Below the pieces are notes generated by a model that saw only the letters and a list, made by a program, of their open reading frames with translations, did not search any database and was not told where the DNA came from. Below, in pieces: positions 13,353 through 25,354 of a stretch of 64,000 nt of DNA. Source of the stretch: Takakia lepidozioides (taxonomy: Eukaryota > Plantae > Bryophyta); contig CM060731.1 of NCBI GenBank assembly GCA_030704615.1, positions 63,178,001 through 63,242,000 of the forward strand, given 5' to 3'. The position numbers and the translations under genes are program-made. Positions within the stretch are counted from its first letter, which is position 1. The number at the start of each line of letters is the position of its first letter.

Positions 13353-14266
13353 ATGGCTTCCAGTTCTGAGCGTGGTTGGTTTGAGCTTGATCAATTTGAG
13401 GTCCCGCGATTGAGACAGACCCAGGCGTTGGAATCTCGCTGCATTTGTGAGCTTGCACGCAATCTGTTACTTGAGCAGCTAGTGTTTGTCGATTACCCGG
13501 AGGGAGAACCTATTCCACGGCCTGAGCTCCCGCTGGATACGCCCTCGGAGTTCTGGGCCAAGGCCTTTGAGGAAACTGCACGCAAAGAGGCTTGCAAACC
13601 CGTACACACCAAAGCGGAGCAGAGGGAGCAGAGCTGGCGCATTCACGAGTCTCTTCAAAGAGCCTACGCCGCACGTCTTCTCCTCAAGCTTCATTCCAGG
13701 GAAGTCACTCTACAAATTCCCCTTGCTAGTGCCAAGGAGCAGTTGGAGAGTGGTGAGAAACTTAGTTGGGTTGTCTTGGGCATTCCACAATTCTTTGTGA
13801 GTCGAGAATCGGGTGTAGAGCTTGAGAGCTTTCTACCTCCTGACAAGCCGAGCCCTCTACGATTGTGGGAATTGGTTAAAGGGGGTACTTCGATTTTGCT
13901 TGCTAATTTGAGGCCTCGAGTTCCACCAGCCCCTACCCGGGATCCCACTTGGGAAGAGCTCATCCCTACTCAGATTTTCTTTTTTGTCCCAGTGATGTGT
14001 TGATCTTTCCGGGGGTGTGTTTCCGGCGTGAAACAGTGGGTCTTTACAAGGCCGAAGCAGCCAAGGGATATCCTGCCCATACGCTGTTGGTGAAGGAAAA
14101 GGTAGTCCGCAGCATAGTGCGCGTAACTTTTTGGCTCAAGGGTGAAGAGGAGCTGTGGGCTTTCTTGGGGGAAGGAGTGTACATGTTGCACAAGCATCGC
14201 TTCATCACCTCTCACTGTGTGTCTGGGTGGGATTCAAAGCTCAATGCCCCTTCGGAGTACAGGTAG
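13353..14266 (+). pseudogene. Frameshifted ORF of unknown function (about 300 codons), probably transposon-associated
   Basis: Overlapping ORFs 13344-14003 and 13949-14266 with protein-like composition and no recognisable domain. Confidence 0.35.
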
Positions 14267-14826
14267 CCATGTACTCCTCTTCTCATGCCTGTATTTACAA
14301 GATCTATGCTAGAGAGAGAAGCAGAAGAGACGATGGGACTAAGTGAGTTGGAAAAACGTGCAGCGGAGGAGAGGGAAGAGACAGCAACTAATAAGAGAAA
14401 TAATACGGAAAAATGAGAGTCGTCCGGAGATCACAAGGATCCGGCGACTATGCCTCAACCCACATTTGATTTGGACGAGCTGTGTGAAGCCATGGGGGTG
14501 ATTTCAAATCGCCCCCCGCTTATGAAGATGTTGTTGAAACAAAGTGAAGCTCCGGATACCACATCACGGAAAACTGATCTTGGGGAGCGAATGCATAAGC
14601 AACAATACCCTGAGTACAACTTAGGGGAAGATTTTGAGTCCTTCTTGGAATTCTTTGAAAATCAACACTGAAATGAATGGTGTTCCCCCACGGTTCCAAG
14701 TAAAGTCTTTTCGGATCTGTCTCAAGGGAAAAATCAGGCAACTGTTTGAGTCCAATATCAAGGATAAAAATTGTCGCGGCCCTTTGCCTTAAGGGCGGGG
14801 GGTCGGGACACAAGAGGGGCTGCCCC

Positions 14827-17800
14827 TGTGGTGGGGGCAGTGGCAACAATAGGAACGGGGGCTGAAGCACCCTTGAGTGCCCAAGGCACTCAAGGAGGCG
14901 GAGGCGCTCACTAGGTGGAGCCCCGCACACCGGGTTGCGGTGGGGGTGGGTCCACGAGAAGTGATGGTAGCTTAGTGGGTCTTAGTGGGGGTGGCATAGG
15001 ACTCACCATGGGGCGGAGACCTTGTGGTGGGAGTCGTGGGGAGTCTTGGGACTCATCACGGTCCAATGGGGCCGTGGTGGGTGGGCCAAGACTCACCGCA
15101 ACTCATCACTGGGAATCGAGGGTTTTCGTGGTGGTTCGCCATAAAAGGATGGTGTTGTTTGTGAAACCCCCACGGACAGTCACAAAAGTATATATAGGGA
15201 GTAATAACCCCGAGAACGGTGCAAGCCCGTTGATGACCAAAAACTAGTGAGTGAGCGTTCGAGCCGAAAAGCGACCAAGGTGTGGGAAGCTGTTCCGGAC
15301 TGCCAACAACCAAAGGGAATTTCCACTAGGCCCAAATTGAGAGAGGGTCTTGTGGAGGAGCAAAGGGGGACCGTTATGTCCCGGTGAGCAGCCGAAGCTC
15401 CGAGTTGGCCCGGCGGCCAGTTTGGGAGTTAGGCGCGCATCAAAGCGAGTAACTATGACTTGAAGGGGAGCTTACCAAAGTGAGGTGCGCGACACTTGGT
15501 ATCAGAGCTTAAAGTTCAGTACGCGATCGTCCTTGAGATCGGCCTCATCATGGGGTCGAGCAAGACGAAGCGAAAGCGGAATGGCCCGAAAGATGATGAT
15601 CCTCGTGAGCCTGGTGGGGGCGACGTGTCACCGAAGCGGCAATTGGAAGAAACGATTTATGCTTCTGAAAGCGAGGCCGCTCAAGAACGGGAAGAATCTG
15701 GGGAGTCGGAGCCCAAGGACTTCCCGGAGGCTCCGCCAGACCAACAGATGTCTCCCATGCCAGCAGCTTTTTGGGAAGGGTTGTTGGCGCAGTGTGGCGG
15801 GACGTTCAAAGACGTGTTGAAGGCGGCTAATGCCACTTCCACTAAGGCAAAGTTTAAGGTGAAGCCTAAGAAACTCGACACCTTCGAGGCCGTCCGAAAT
15901 CGGAAGGCACTCAACACCTGGCTCTTGGAGCTAGAGCAGTACTTCCGGGCGGCCAAGTTGAGTGACGAGGATCGGTTGAAGTGGCTCCCACCTACTTGAG
16001 GGGCTATGCTCAACAATGGTGGCAGAAACGCCTTCATGACCAAGGTCCAAACCCAGAAACCTTGAGCTGGAGTGGGTTCAAGGAACTTATGAAAAGACAA
16101 TTTGTGCCCCTTAACACGTCCTGGCTCGCCCGGGACAAGATGAGGAATTTGAAGCAAACTGATGACATTCGGGGATATATTCAAGCTTTCAATGTGCTGT
16201 TGCTCGAAGTCGCGGATATGGCAAAACCAGAAATGGTCTTCAACTTTGTGACGAGACTGGCCCCATGGGCCAGGCGGAAGTTGGAGGAGAAGCCACCTAA
16301 GACTTTGAACGAGGCAATTGAAAGGGCTGAATGTTTCTCGGATGTCGCTAGGGGCGAAAGAGAAGGCCATACAGAGCCGAACCACAAGAAGACCAGGCGG
16401 GAGGGTGACTCCTTCCGACCGGAAAAGAAGTGGGATAGGCCACGTGGCGACAATGGTACATGGAAATCGAAGGGAGGGCCTTCACACAAGAAGTGCGCAA
16501 AACCTCGACAATTAAACATGATTCCGGCGACCACGGAGCTGTCCAAAGATTCCATCAGCCGCTTGGTGGAAGCGGTGGTCGCCAAGACTTGCAAGGTAGG
16601 CAACTACTCTTGTGAGTTGTATCAGGAGATTGGCGCCCTGCGTAAAGGGAGTCAGTTAATGTTCGTAAGTGGGATAATTTCCGGAACTAACGTGTCGTTG
16701 TTGGCGGACACATGAGCGTCGCACTCCTTCATGACACCGGCAACGGCACGGAAGCTGGGGCTCCCGACTAGTGATGTGGGGGCCTCTATTGAAGTGCGTT
16801 CTACCAAAGGAGAACCACAACTGGCGACGAGGTTGGCGTTTGATGTTCCTCTTCAGTTCGGGAGTTGGTAGGGACGTGAGAACTTCACCATTTGCGAGAT
16901 CGATGGAGTGGATCTCATTTTGGGGATGACCTTTTTGAGCAAATCCGGAGCAGTCATAGATGGCCGCAAGAGAATAGTCACGCTACCATGTGGGAATGGT
17001 GTCGAAGTGTTACGAGTGTCGAAAATGCCCAACCGAGTGGGAGGGCGAATAAACCTGCTCTCAGCAAAGGAATAGACCGTGGAGGAGCCACACGAGCCCC
17101 AGTTTTTGTTTTACGTAAGACAAGTGGAAGGAGAAGACGGTAGGAGCCGAGCCCAGACTAGATCAAGGGGATCCTAGAGAAATACTAGGATGTGATGCCG
17201 GAGGATTTACCAAGCGGCTGGCCACCGCGAAGAGGAGTTGACCACAAGATTGAGGTGATACCGGGATCGGAGCCACCTGCTAAGGCGCCCTACCGGTTGA
17301 GCCACAGAGAGTTGGTCGAGCTGAAGGCTCAGCTCAAGGATCTAATGTCAAAGGGGTACATCCGGCCAAGTAAGTCACCTTACGGAGCCCCGGTGCTATT
17401 CGCAGACAAGAAGGATGGGACGCTGCGGATTGAAGTCAATATTCATTTTCTGATGTCCGGGGTTCTCTCATCAAAGAGATGCTCTCTTCAAATCTATCAA
17501 GGGAATTGTGCATGTACCTCTGTTTACCAACTTTAAAAGTCTCGAGGCTGAGCCAAAAGCCCAGCCCCTTTTGCTCAGTAACTCCTTTTTTTTTTTTTTT
17601 TTTTCATCATCTCTTCCTCTCTCTCCCTCTCTCTCTCTCACTTTTGATGTGACATATAAGTTATGGACAACTCTCGACATCTTTCCCTTGATCCTGACAA
17701 GACATATCATAGAGCATCTCCCCGCCCCTACCTCTGCTGCTGCTTCAAGCGAACTGTTGCAGTGCTGTCGCGGCTGCCAACGGCGCGGGTTCCCGCCGCT

Positions 17801-19981
17801 GCAGGGCGTCTCTCCCCCGCTCACCACGGCTCTCTCTCTCTCTCTTCAGCTCGTTTAGATCGCGCCTCTGCGCGGCGTTTTTACCACACAGGGGAGAGAG
17901 AGATCAGCCCGTGCTTAGCGCAAGAAAGCAAGAGAGAAAGTGAGGGAGGAGGCGGTGTTTACCTTGGGCGTTGGAGTGGCGTTGGGGCAAACTCCTTGGG
18001 GGCCTTGCGACCACCTCGGGCTCAGCAGCAGGTGCGTTTCTCCTCCACCCTAAACCCCACTCTCTAAACTACCTCTCTCCCAAAGAACAAACGAAAACTG
18101 GAGGGGAAGGTGCTTCAAGCACTTAGGGAAAGAAAAAAAAAGCACGGCGCCTACGAGCGACGCCCGGCCGTCGCACGCCTGCGACCCGCCTTTTTTTTTA
18201 AATGTATAAATGATAATCTCGACGGCAGGCCGTCGCTACTTGCGACCCCCAGCCCCATAAATAAAAAAAACACGTCGCCTCCCGCAACGTCTTTCCGTCG
18301 CGGGGTGTGACCCCCGGCTAAAAATGGTGGATAGGTTCAGTAAAATGGGCCATTTCATTCCCACCAAGGAGATGGCAACGGCGCAGGAGACGGGGCGACT
18401 TTACTTCGCCCACGTCTTCAAGCATCATGGATTTCCGAAGGATATTATCTCGGACCGCGATCCAAAGTTTACAAGTAAATTTTGGAGGACACTTTGGAAG
18501 AAAATGGGGACGAGGCTCAAGATGAGCACGACCTTCCAACCTACGACGGACGGCCAAACGGAAAGAGTGAATTTTGTGGTGAAGCAGATCATGCGGAATT
18601 ATGTGTCGGCAGACCAATCAGACTGGGTGGAGCACTTGGATGCAGCAGAGTTCTGTTATAATAACACAAAACACTCCGCAACGGAAGTTTCACCTTTCGT
18701 ATTGGTCTATTGAAAAGCACCTCTGGTGCCGACAAGTTGGGCCGCTCAGGACGTTGAGGAACCTGCAGCAGCAGCGGTGATGGAAGAACGCGAGCGTTTG
18801 TTGGAGCTCGCAAAGTACAACATTGCCAAAGCTTGGAAACGGTATGAACGGCAGGAAAATCGAAAGCGGAGGGAAGTTAAGTTTGAGGCAGGCACGGAGG
18901 TCTAGTTGAACATCAAGAATTTTTGACTATCTCTGGAATTGAGTCCAAAATTCGTACCTCCGTATGCGGGGCCCTTTTGCATCCAGAAGGTTATGAAGGA
19001 AGATGTGTATGAATTGGAGCTGCCGGCAAACAACAAGGTGCATCCGGTCTTCCACGTCTCCCTTTTGAAGTCTTACTTCTAAGATGAAGCGCGTCCGAAT
19101 CGGCATCAAGTGTTGCGTCCGCCACTTGTGCTGTTGGATCATGAAAATGAACCTGAGTACGAGGTGGAGGCAGTGTTTAAGTCGAGGAGGTTCAAGAATC
19201 GAGAAACGAAGTATCTCGTGAAATGGAAGGGCTATCATCAAGTGGAGGCAACTTGGGTGCGTGCCTCAGAAATGAGAATCGCATCCGAGGCGGTTGCAGC
19301 TTTCGAAGAGCGACCTCAAAAGCGGAAGAAGCGTTGATGGGGACATCAACCTTGGATCGTGGGGGAGGAAATGCATGCTTAGTCCGGCTTAGCTAGCTCA
19401 GGAATCCGATTGTAAAAACTTGTGTTGCACAAATTTTGTTTATATCTATGGTGGGGGCAGTGGCAACAATAGGAACGGGGGCTGAAGCACCCTTGAGTGC
19501 CCAAGACACTCAAGGAGGCGGAGATGCTCACTAGGTGGAGCCCCGCACACCGGGTTGCGGTGGGGGTGGGTCCACGAGGAGTGGTGGTAGCTTGGTGGGT
19601 CTTAGTGAGGGTGGCATAGGACTCACCATGGGGCGGAGATCTTGTGGTGGGAGTCGTGGGGAGTCGTGGGGAGTCTTGGGACCCATCACGGTCCAATGGG
19701 GCCCTGGTGGGTGGGCCAAGACTCACCGCGACTCATCACTGGGAATCGAGGGTTTTCGTGGTGGTTCGCCATGAAAGGATGGTGTTGTTTGTGAAACCCC
19801 CACGGACAGTCACAGAAGTATATATAGGGAGTAATAACCCCGAGAACGGTGCAAGGGTGACCAAAAACTAATGAGTAAGCATGCGAGCCGGAAAGCGACC
19901 AAGGTGTGGGGAGCTGTTCCGGACTACCAACAACCAAAGGGAATTTCCACTAGGCCCAAATTGAGATAGGGTCTTGTGGAG
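14827..19981 (+). mobile_element. Ty3/gypsy chromovirus, degenerate and internally rearranged
   Basis: LTR-like direct repeats at about 14827-15494 and 19372-19981, each truncated at its outer end. tRNA-Met PBS TGGTATCAGAGC at 15497-15508. gag at 15549-16500, protease LADT*ASHSF, RT N-terminus (PYRLS, SPYGAPVLF) cut at about 17430, integrase (VDRFSK, SDRD, TDGQTER) from 18324, chromodomain EYEVEAV..YLVKWKGY..ATW at 19155-19300 and PPT at about 19361-19371. Confidence 0.92.
15497..15508 (+). promoter_or_regulatory. Primer-binding site (initiator tRNA-Met)
   Basis: TGGTATCAGAGC two bases after the LTR terminal CA. Confidence 0.9.
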
Positions 19982-20366
19982 CTTATGAACCCATGGGTTT
20001 GGTTACTGTGCCTATCCGTGTCAATGGCAAGACAGTGGTTCTAACCTCTATTGTCACTTTAGGGGAGCAGCTTTTGTTGGGCCTTGACCGGATGAAGGGG
20101 GCAGAGGCTAGCTTGGACATCATGGGCAATGTGATGGTTACATAATGGTCAGGGCCAGCCTTTAAGGTAAACCTCAACGCTGTACCTCTTTAGCCAATTA
20201 CTCTTGATTGAAATTGCAAGCTGAACACATGAAGGAAACTATAGGCCAGCACTACAATTGGGCCAGATTCAGTCAATTTCAAGCCCCCGAGGGCTGCCTT
20301 TATCAATGGCAATTCCCTTTGCCAGGTAAGAAATCTGGCCCTCCACTGCCAGTGGCCAAGAATACT

Positions 20367-20630
20367 ATGCTACTCCGAGCACCTGTCGACTTGGTCATTC
20401 CTGTTTTTTCTCAACGTGTAATTCCTTTTGGTCTAGCTTTTGCTTGCCCCCAAGGCCATTATATTGAGGTGGAAGGTTGGAAGAAGCTGACCTTGCAAAA
20501 ACATTGTTTGATCGCATCTGGAGTGATTGACAGAGGTTTCAAGGGAGAAGTAAGATTGTTGGTGGCTGATCCTGAGCGTATAGGCATTACCATTCATAAG
20601 GGGCAAGTCATAGCTAGACTGTCTGCCTCA
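20367..20630 (+). CDS. dUTPase-like domain within gypsy pol
   Basis: LRAPVDLVIP...IPFGLAFACPQGHY.EV...SGVIDRGFKGEVRLLV...ITIHKGQVIARL follows the trimeric dUTPase pattern (motif 3 GVIDxxYxGE, motif 4 GxRIAQL). Confidence 0.8.
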
Positions 20631-22866
20631 CCTTTATCTGAGTTGCTTCTGTTCAGAAAGCTCTCTCCTTCCACGACATAGGTCTGGTGGATTTGCCTCT
20701 TGACCAAGTGCAAGCCTTTGCTGCCAACATCGGGCCTGTTGCCGGTCTTCCCTTGACCTCAGATCAAGAGCTGCATTACCAACAAGTTTTGCAAGACATC
20801 ACGGTTGGGGAGCATCTCACACCTCAACAGACCAGCCAACTCCATGACTTTCTCCGTAATAACCTAGATATTTTTAGCAAAGGCCCTCATGACCTTGGTC
20901 GCACGACCATCCTGGACCATGACATCATCAGTGAAGGTAAGCCTATCAAACAGTATGCCTACCGTGAAAGTGTGCGAGAAAGAAAGGTTATTCAGGAAGA
21001 GATTACCAAAATGTTGGACGTCGGTGTCATCACACCCTCAATCTTGCCTTGGGCCAGTCCCATTGTCTTAGTGGGGAAAAATGATGGTTCAACTTGCTTC
21101 TGTGTTGATTTTAGACGTCTGAATGCTATCACTAAAAAGGATGTGTATCCCTTACCTCGTATTAATGAGACTCTTGACCAATTGAATGGAGCTACTATAT
21201 TCTCGTCGTTAGATCTAGTAGCTGGATTCTGGCAGGTGCCCTTGACTTCAGCAGCCAAAGAGAAAACGGCCTTTACTTGTCGCATGGGCATGTATCAGTT
21301 CGAAACTATGCCTTTTGGATTATGCAATGCTACCGCCACCTTTTAGAGGCTCATGGATGTTGTGCTTGACAATCTTCGCTGGGAGTGTGCCTTAGTTTAC
21401 ATAAATGATATCAATATTTACTCCACTACCTTTGATGCTCACTTGTTGGATTTACAACGGGTGGTGTGCAGACTTCGGGCTGCAGGCCTAAAAGTCAAAG
21501 CTAAGAAGTGTGATTTCTGTATGGAACAGCTACACTTCCTTGGGCACCTGCTTTCTGCTGCTGGCATCAGGCCTGATCCTCGTAAAATTCAAGCTATTTG
21601 GGATTATCCTACTCCTAAGGATAAGACTTGTGTCAAGGCTTTTCTGGGTCTGGGTTCTTATTATCGTCGTTTCATCTTTCAGTTTGCCAAGCTTGCTGCC
21701 CCACTTACTCACTTGTTGTCCAAGGATGCGCGCTTTGTATGGGGTACTACATAAACCTTGGTTTTTGAGAAATTCAAGATTGCTTTGACTTCGACCCCTG
21801 TTCTGGCCTACCCTCATTTTACCTTACCTTTCATTTTACAAACTACGCTAGTAACTTAGCTATTTCTGCAGTGCTTAGTCAAATTCAAGATGGGCAGGAA
21901 CATGCGATTGCCTATGCCTCGCGCCGTCTGGACAAACATGAACGCAACTATTCTATCACAGACAAAGAGGGCCAAGCAGTTATCTTTGGTATTAAATATT
22001 TTTGGCAGTATCTTCATGGTTGCCACTTCACCATTGAGACAGATCATCTGCCTTTGAAAGCCTTGGTTACTCCTCGCAAACTAACTGGACGTTTGGCTAG
22101 ATGGGCTCTGATTTTACAGGGTTATGAAATCTCTTACAAGCGAGGCAAAGATAATGTTAATACTGATGCATTAACTCGTGGGGAAACTAAATCTCCTGCC
22201 CCTTACACTACTCTAGATGATTTTGTTCTTGTTCTTTCTTCCCCTTCTGTTACTACACCTGTTACTGATCCTTATGCATTATGTCATCTACTAGATTTCC
22301 CTTATGTTCCTCCGGATCTACTAGATACTTGGGATCTAGTTCAATTTGATAATCCTTAAATTTCCTGCTTGGTATTTGGCAATGCTAGTAGGTTGGCAAT
22401 CTGCAGCCTAAAACAGCCCTACGTTTTTCATGATCATGTTTCTCCTGCTCCTTAGCCCGTCTTATTTCTGACCAAGGGACTGAGCTACACTTCATAGCCT
22501 GCTTATTTCCTCATAGGCAGCCAACTGAAAATTGAAGTCAGGAACCATGAGAGGAAGATCACGAGGGTTGCCACTTTCTTCTCACCTGCACTAACCTGCT
22601 GATTGTGTGGCCATGAGTGTTGTAGGCATGGATGAACCTCTTTACGATGCTATACTCCACAGGTGCATAGCCGACACCCACCTTAGTGGCATATCCAGGC
22701 TCCTCATGAGGCAAGTGAACTATCACTTACCCACCCATCGGGAAAGTGAAGGGAGGTTGTTCAGAGTGAATGCATTGGAAGGTGATCTTGCAGTGGGAGT
22801 TCCTCCTAGGTCCGTTGTCTCTGCCTTGCTAGAATTGTACCATGTTTCTACTTATGCTGGTCATTT

Positions 22867-24168
22867 CACTACTACGTTTGGGGGGGGTTAGCGATGCCCC
22901 AACGACCTCCAACCATCGTGATTAGCGACAGAAATACTCTACGGCACCCGGGGTGCGTCGGGGCATTTTGCGATGTCGGGAAGTCGCAGCGACGTCGTTC
23001 CCGGAACGTCGCTAATTAGCGTCGTCGGGGAATCGCAAACCCCCGGGACCCCCCGGCCGCAGCGCCGGCGCGACTTGCGACGTCCGGGCATAAAAAAAAA
23101 ACAAACAAAACAAACAAACAAACAAACAAACGTTTATTTCTGCGACGTCGCATTAGGGACGTCCGGGGGTCGTAAATGCGACCCCCAAACGTCACAGTAG
23201 GGGGGTACATTTGAATTTAGGTGGGAAAATTTGAATTTGAATTTGAATTTCAAAAACTAGTTGACCATTGACTCGGCGTTGACCATTGACTCCAGTTTTG
23301 TTCAATGGGAGTTCATGCATTGTTCTACATATATTAGGCAATGCATATTTGAACCTATGACCTCCACATTATAACATTTCTAAGACACTGCACACTAACC
23401 AACAAATCTACAATACATCTATGTATCACAAAAACAGTCCAAGTATATATATACATATCAAGAGTTAGCTCCTAGTGACTACCACTATCTCAATCCTATC
23501 ATTGTGTTACAGATTATGCGTACTCTACAGGAGCTCTCACAGCTGGAACTTGCACCGAGACTTGTCCCCAAAGTTCTTCAAGAACAAATATCTATCAATG
23601 GCCTAAGTTTTGCAAAGCTACATTGCAACTTATTGTTGGACAATGATTATAGTCTGAGGATGCCAAGCCCATTATGCTCTACAATCTACTCCCAGAATCA
23701 ATTTTCCGCGACGCCCCCAGGACGTTGGGGAATCGCAGCGCCGCAGCCCCAGCGACGCTTTTGCGGGGGCGGGGAATCGCAATTTTTTTTTTAAAAAACA
23801 CAGGTTGTTTTTTTTTTTTTTTTTTTTTCCGGGTATTGCGATTCCCCGCCCTCGCAGGAGCGCCCAGCCGTCGCTGGGCTGCGGCGCTGCGACGTCTCGT
23901 TGCGATTCCCTGGCGTCGCAGCAAATTGTTGCGCCGCCAGGGCGTCGCAACCCCCCAGTGCGTTGGCGGGGGAATGGGGTCAGGCCCCTTTCCGGCGACG
24001 GCATGACATCGCAAGATGCCACAACGTCGTCCGAGCGCCGGCGTTACGACGCCCCAACGTTGCAAGTCCCGAGCCGGGCGCCTGTGCGACGCTACAGTCG
24101 CAAGGAGGTCGGCGCGTCCGGCACGCCCGGGGTCCTGGCGTCGCTAACCCCCTCTAAACGTAGTAGTG
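22867..24168. mobile_element. Non-autonomous CACTA (En/Spm-like) DNA transposon, 1302 bp
   Basis: TIRs CACTACTACGTTTRGRGGGGTTAGCGA at both ends, 3-bp TSD TTT, dense GC-rich subterminal cgtcgc/gcgacg repeats and no transposase. Confidence 0.95.
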
Positions 24169-24751
24169 TTTAGGGGTTACCAAAACTGTGAAATGGCTCC
24201 AAAAGCAGTATCACTGGAAATGTTTAGTTAAGGACGTTTCAGCTTTCATTGCAAGGTGTGTACCCTGTCATGTCAAAACCATCATGCCTAGGACCGAAGC
24301 ACCACTCCCTAAGCAGCCCATCCCTGTGACTGAACCATTTGCCCGGGTGGGCTTGGATCTTATTGGACCCCTCAAACCTACGTCTAAGGGCCATTCATAC
24401 CTTGCTGTTGCTACGGATTACCTGACTAAATGGGTTGAGCTCCGACCCCTGGTCGCTAAGGACAGTGATGAGGTGGTACAATTTTTCTTTGATAAGGTGA
24501 TTCTCCACCATGGTTGCCCTCTTGAGATCCTAACGGATCAAGGTACAGAATTCTGCAACCAGCTTATGGAGATTGTATTGTTCAATCTAAACACTAAACA
24601 TGCCGTGACTGCGCCTTATAACCCCCAGTGCAATGGCTTGACTTAGCGTTTTAACAAGACAATGTGCCAGATGTTAGAGAAAAATGGGTCACTCATAGAT
24701 GAATGAGACATTGTTGTGCCTATCCTGCTGTTTGCCTATAGAACCTCATCC

Positions 24752-25354
24752 TATTGCTTGGGAAAACCGGGTATACCTAACGTGTGGCCTGTGAAGGTTG
24801 GAACCAACCTTACACAAGAAGAGGTGGACAACTTGACCCTTGCAGGTTTTCGACTAGTTCATCCTCCCAACGTTCCTGATCCGAACTTTCCTGTGGGACC
24901 ACTTCCAGTGGAACAACATATTCATGAAGGTGTGGTCCTTCCAGTGGGTAAGTATCCCACTACACGCTATGGGGTGCGCATTTGGCGTTGGGATCCGACT
25001 CCTCGACACTTGAGTCGCCAAGAGTCAGCGGAGACTCTTATTGCTGAGATTCGTGGATTCAAAAACATGCCTAAGCCAGGTTATGGGAGAATTTACCAGC
25101 TACAAACAGAGGGATCTACCAGAGCAGGATTGGTTTACAATGTTTACATTGGTCAATTTCCATCTTGTGATTGTCCCGACTTTGATGAGCTATCTGTCAA
25201 GAAGAAAAAACATACATATCTACCTTGTAAGCACATGTACTTCATGTACAACGCGCATCTAGGATGTGCCGGGGCTTATGAGATCCACCAACCTTCCCTT
25301 AGCCAGTTAGAGGTTAGGGCTATGCTAAAGAAGGACCCTAGTTCAACTTCTTAG
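24752..25354 (+). CDS. SWIM zinc-finger-containing ORF fragment, fused to the broken integrase end
   Basis: YNVYIGQFPSCDCPDF...LPCKHMYF matches the SWIM CxCx(n)CxH pattern. The first residues of ORF 24716 (LFAYRTS) belong to the integrase. Confidence 0.7.
   Translation, partial: YCLGKPGIPNVWPVKVGTNLTQEEVDNLTLAGFRLVHPPNVPDPNFPVGPLPVEQHIHEGVVLPVGKYPTTRYGVRIWRWDPTPRHLSRQESAETLIAEIRGFKNMPKPGYGRIYQLQTEGSTRAGLVYNVYIGQFPSCDCPDFDELSVKKKKHTYLPCKHMYFMYNAHLGCAGAYEIHQPSLSQLEVRAMLKKDPSSTS

Larger units (their letters stand above)
19982..24750 (+). mobile_element. Ty3/gypsy pol (protease remnant, dUTPase-like, RT, RNase H, integrase), truncated at both ends and interrupted by a CACTA element
   Basis: LLLGLD (protease end), GVIDRGFKGE, RT (WASPIVLV, VDFRRLN, YPLPRI, MPFGL, YINDI), RNase H (IAYASR, ERNYS, TDH) and integrase (H..GHLG..CVPC, GLDLIGP, TDQG). 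Confidence 0.92.

Noticed and set aside
14911-15313. Gly/Pro-rich ORFs duplicated at 19379-19937
   Set aside because: They lie within the two LTR copies and are not genes.
22939-24173. Many overlapping Arg/Pro/Ala-rich ORFs
   Set aside because: They are artefacts of the GC-rich CACTA subterminal repeats and contain no domain motifs.
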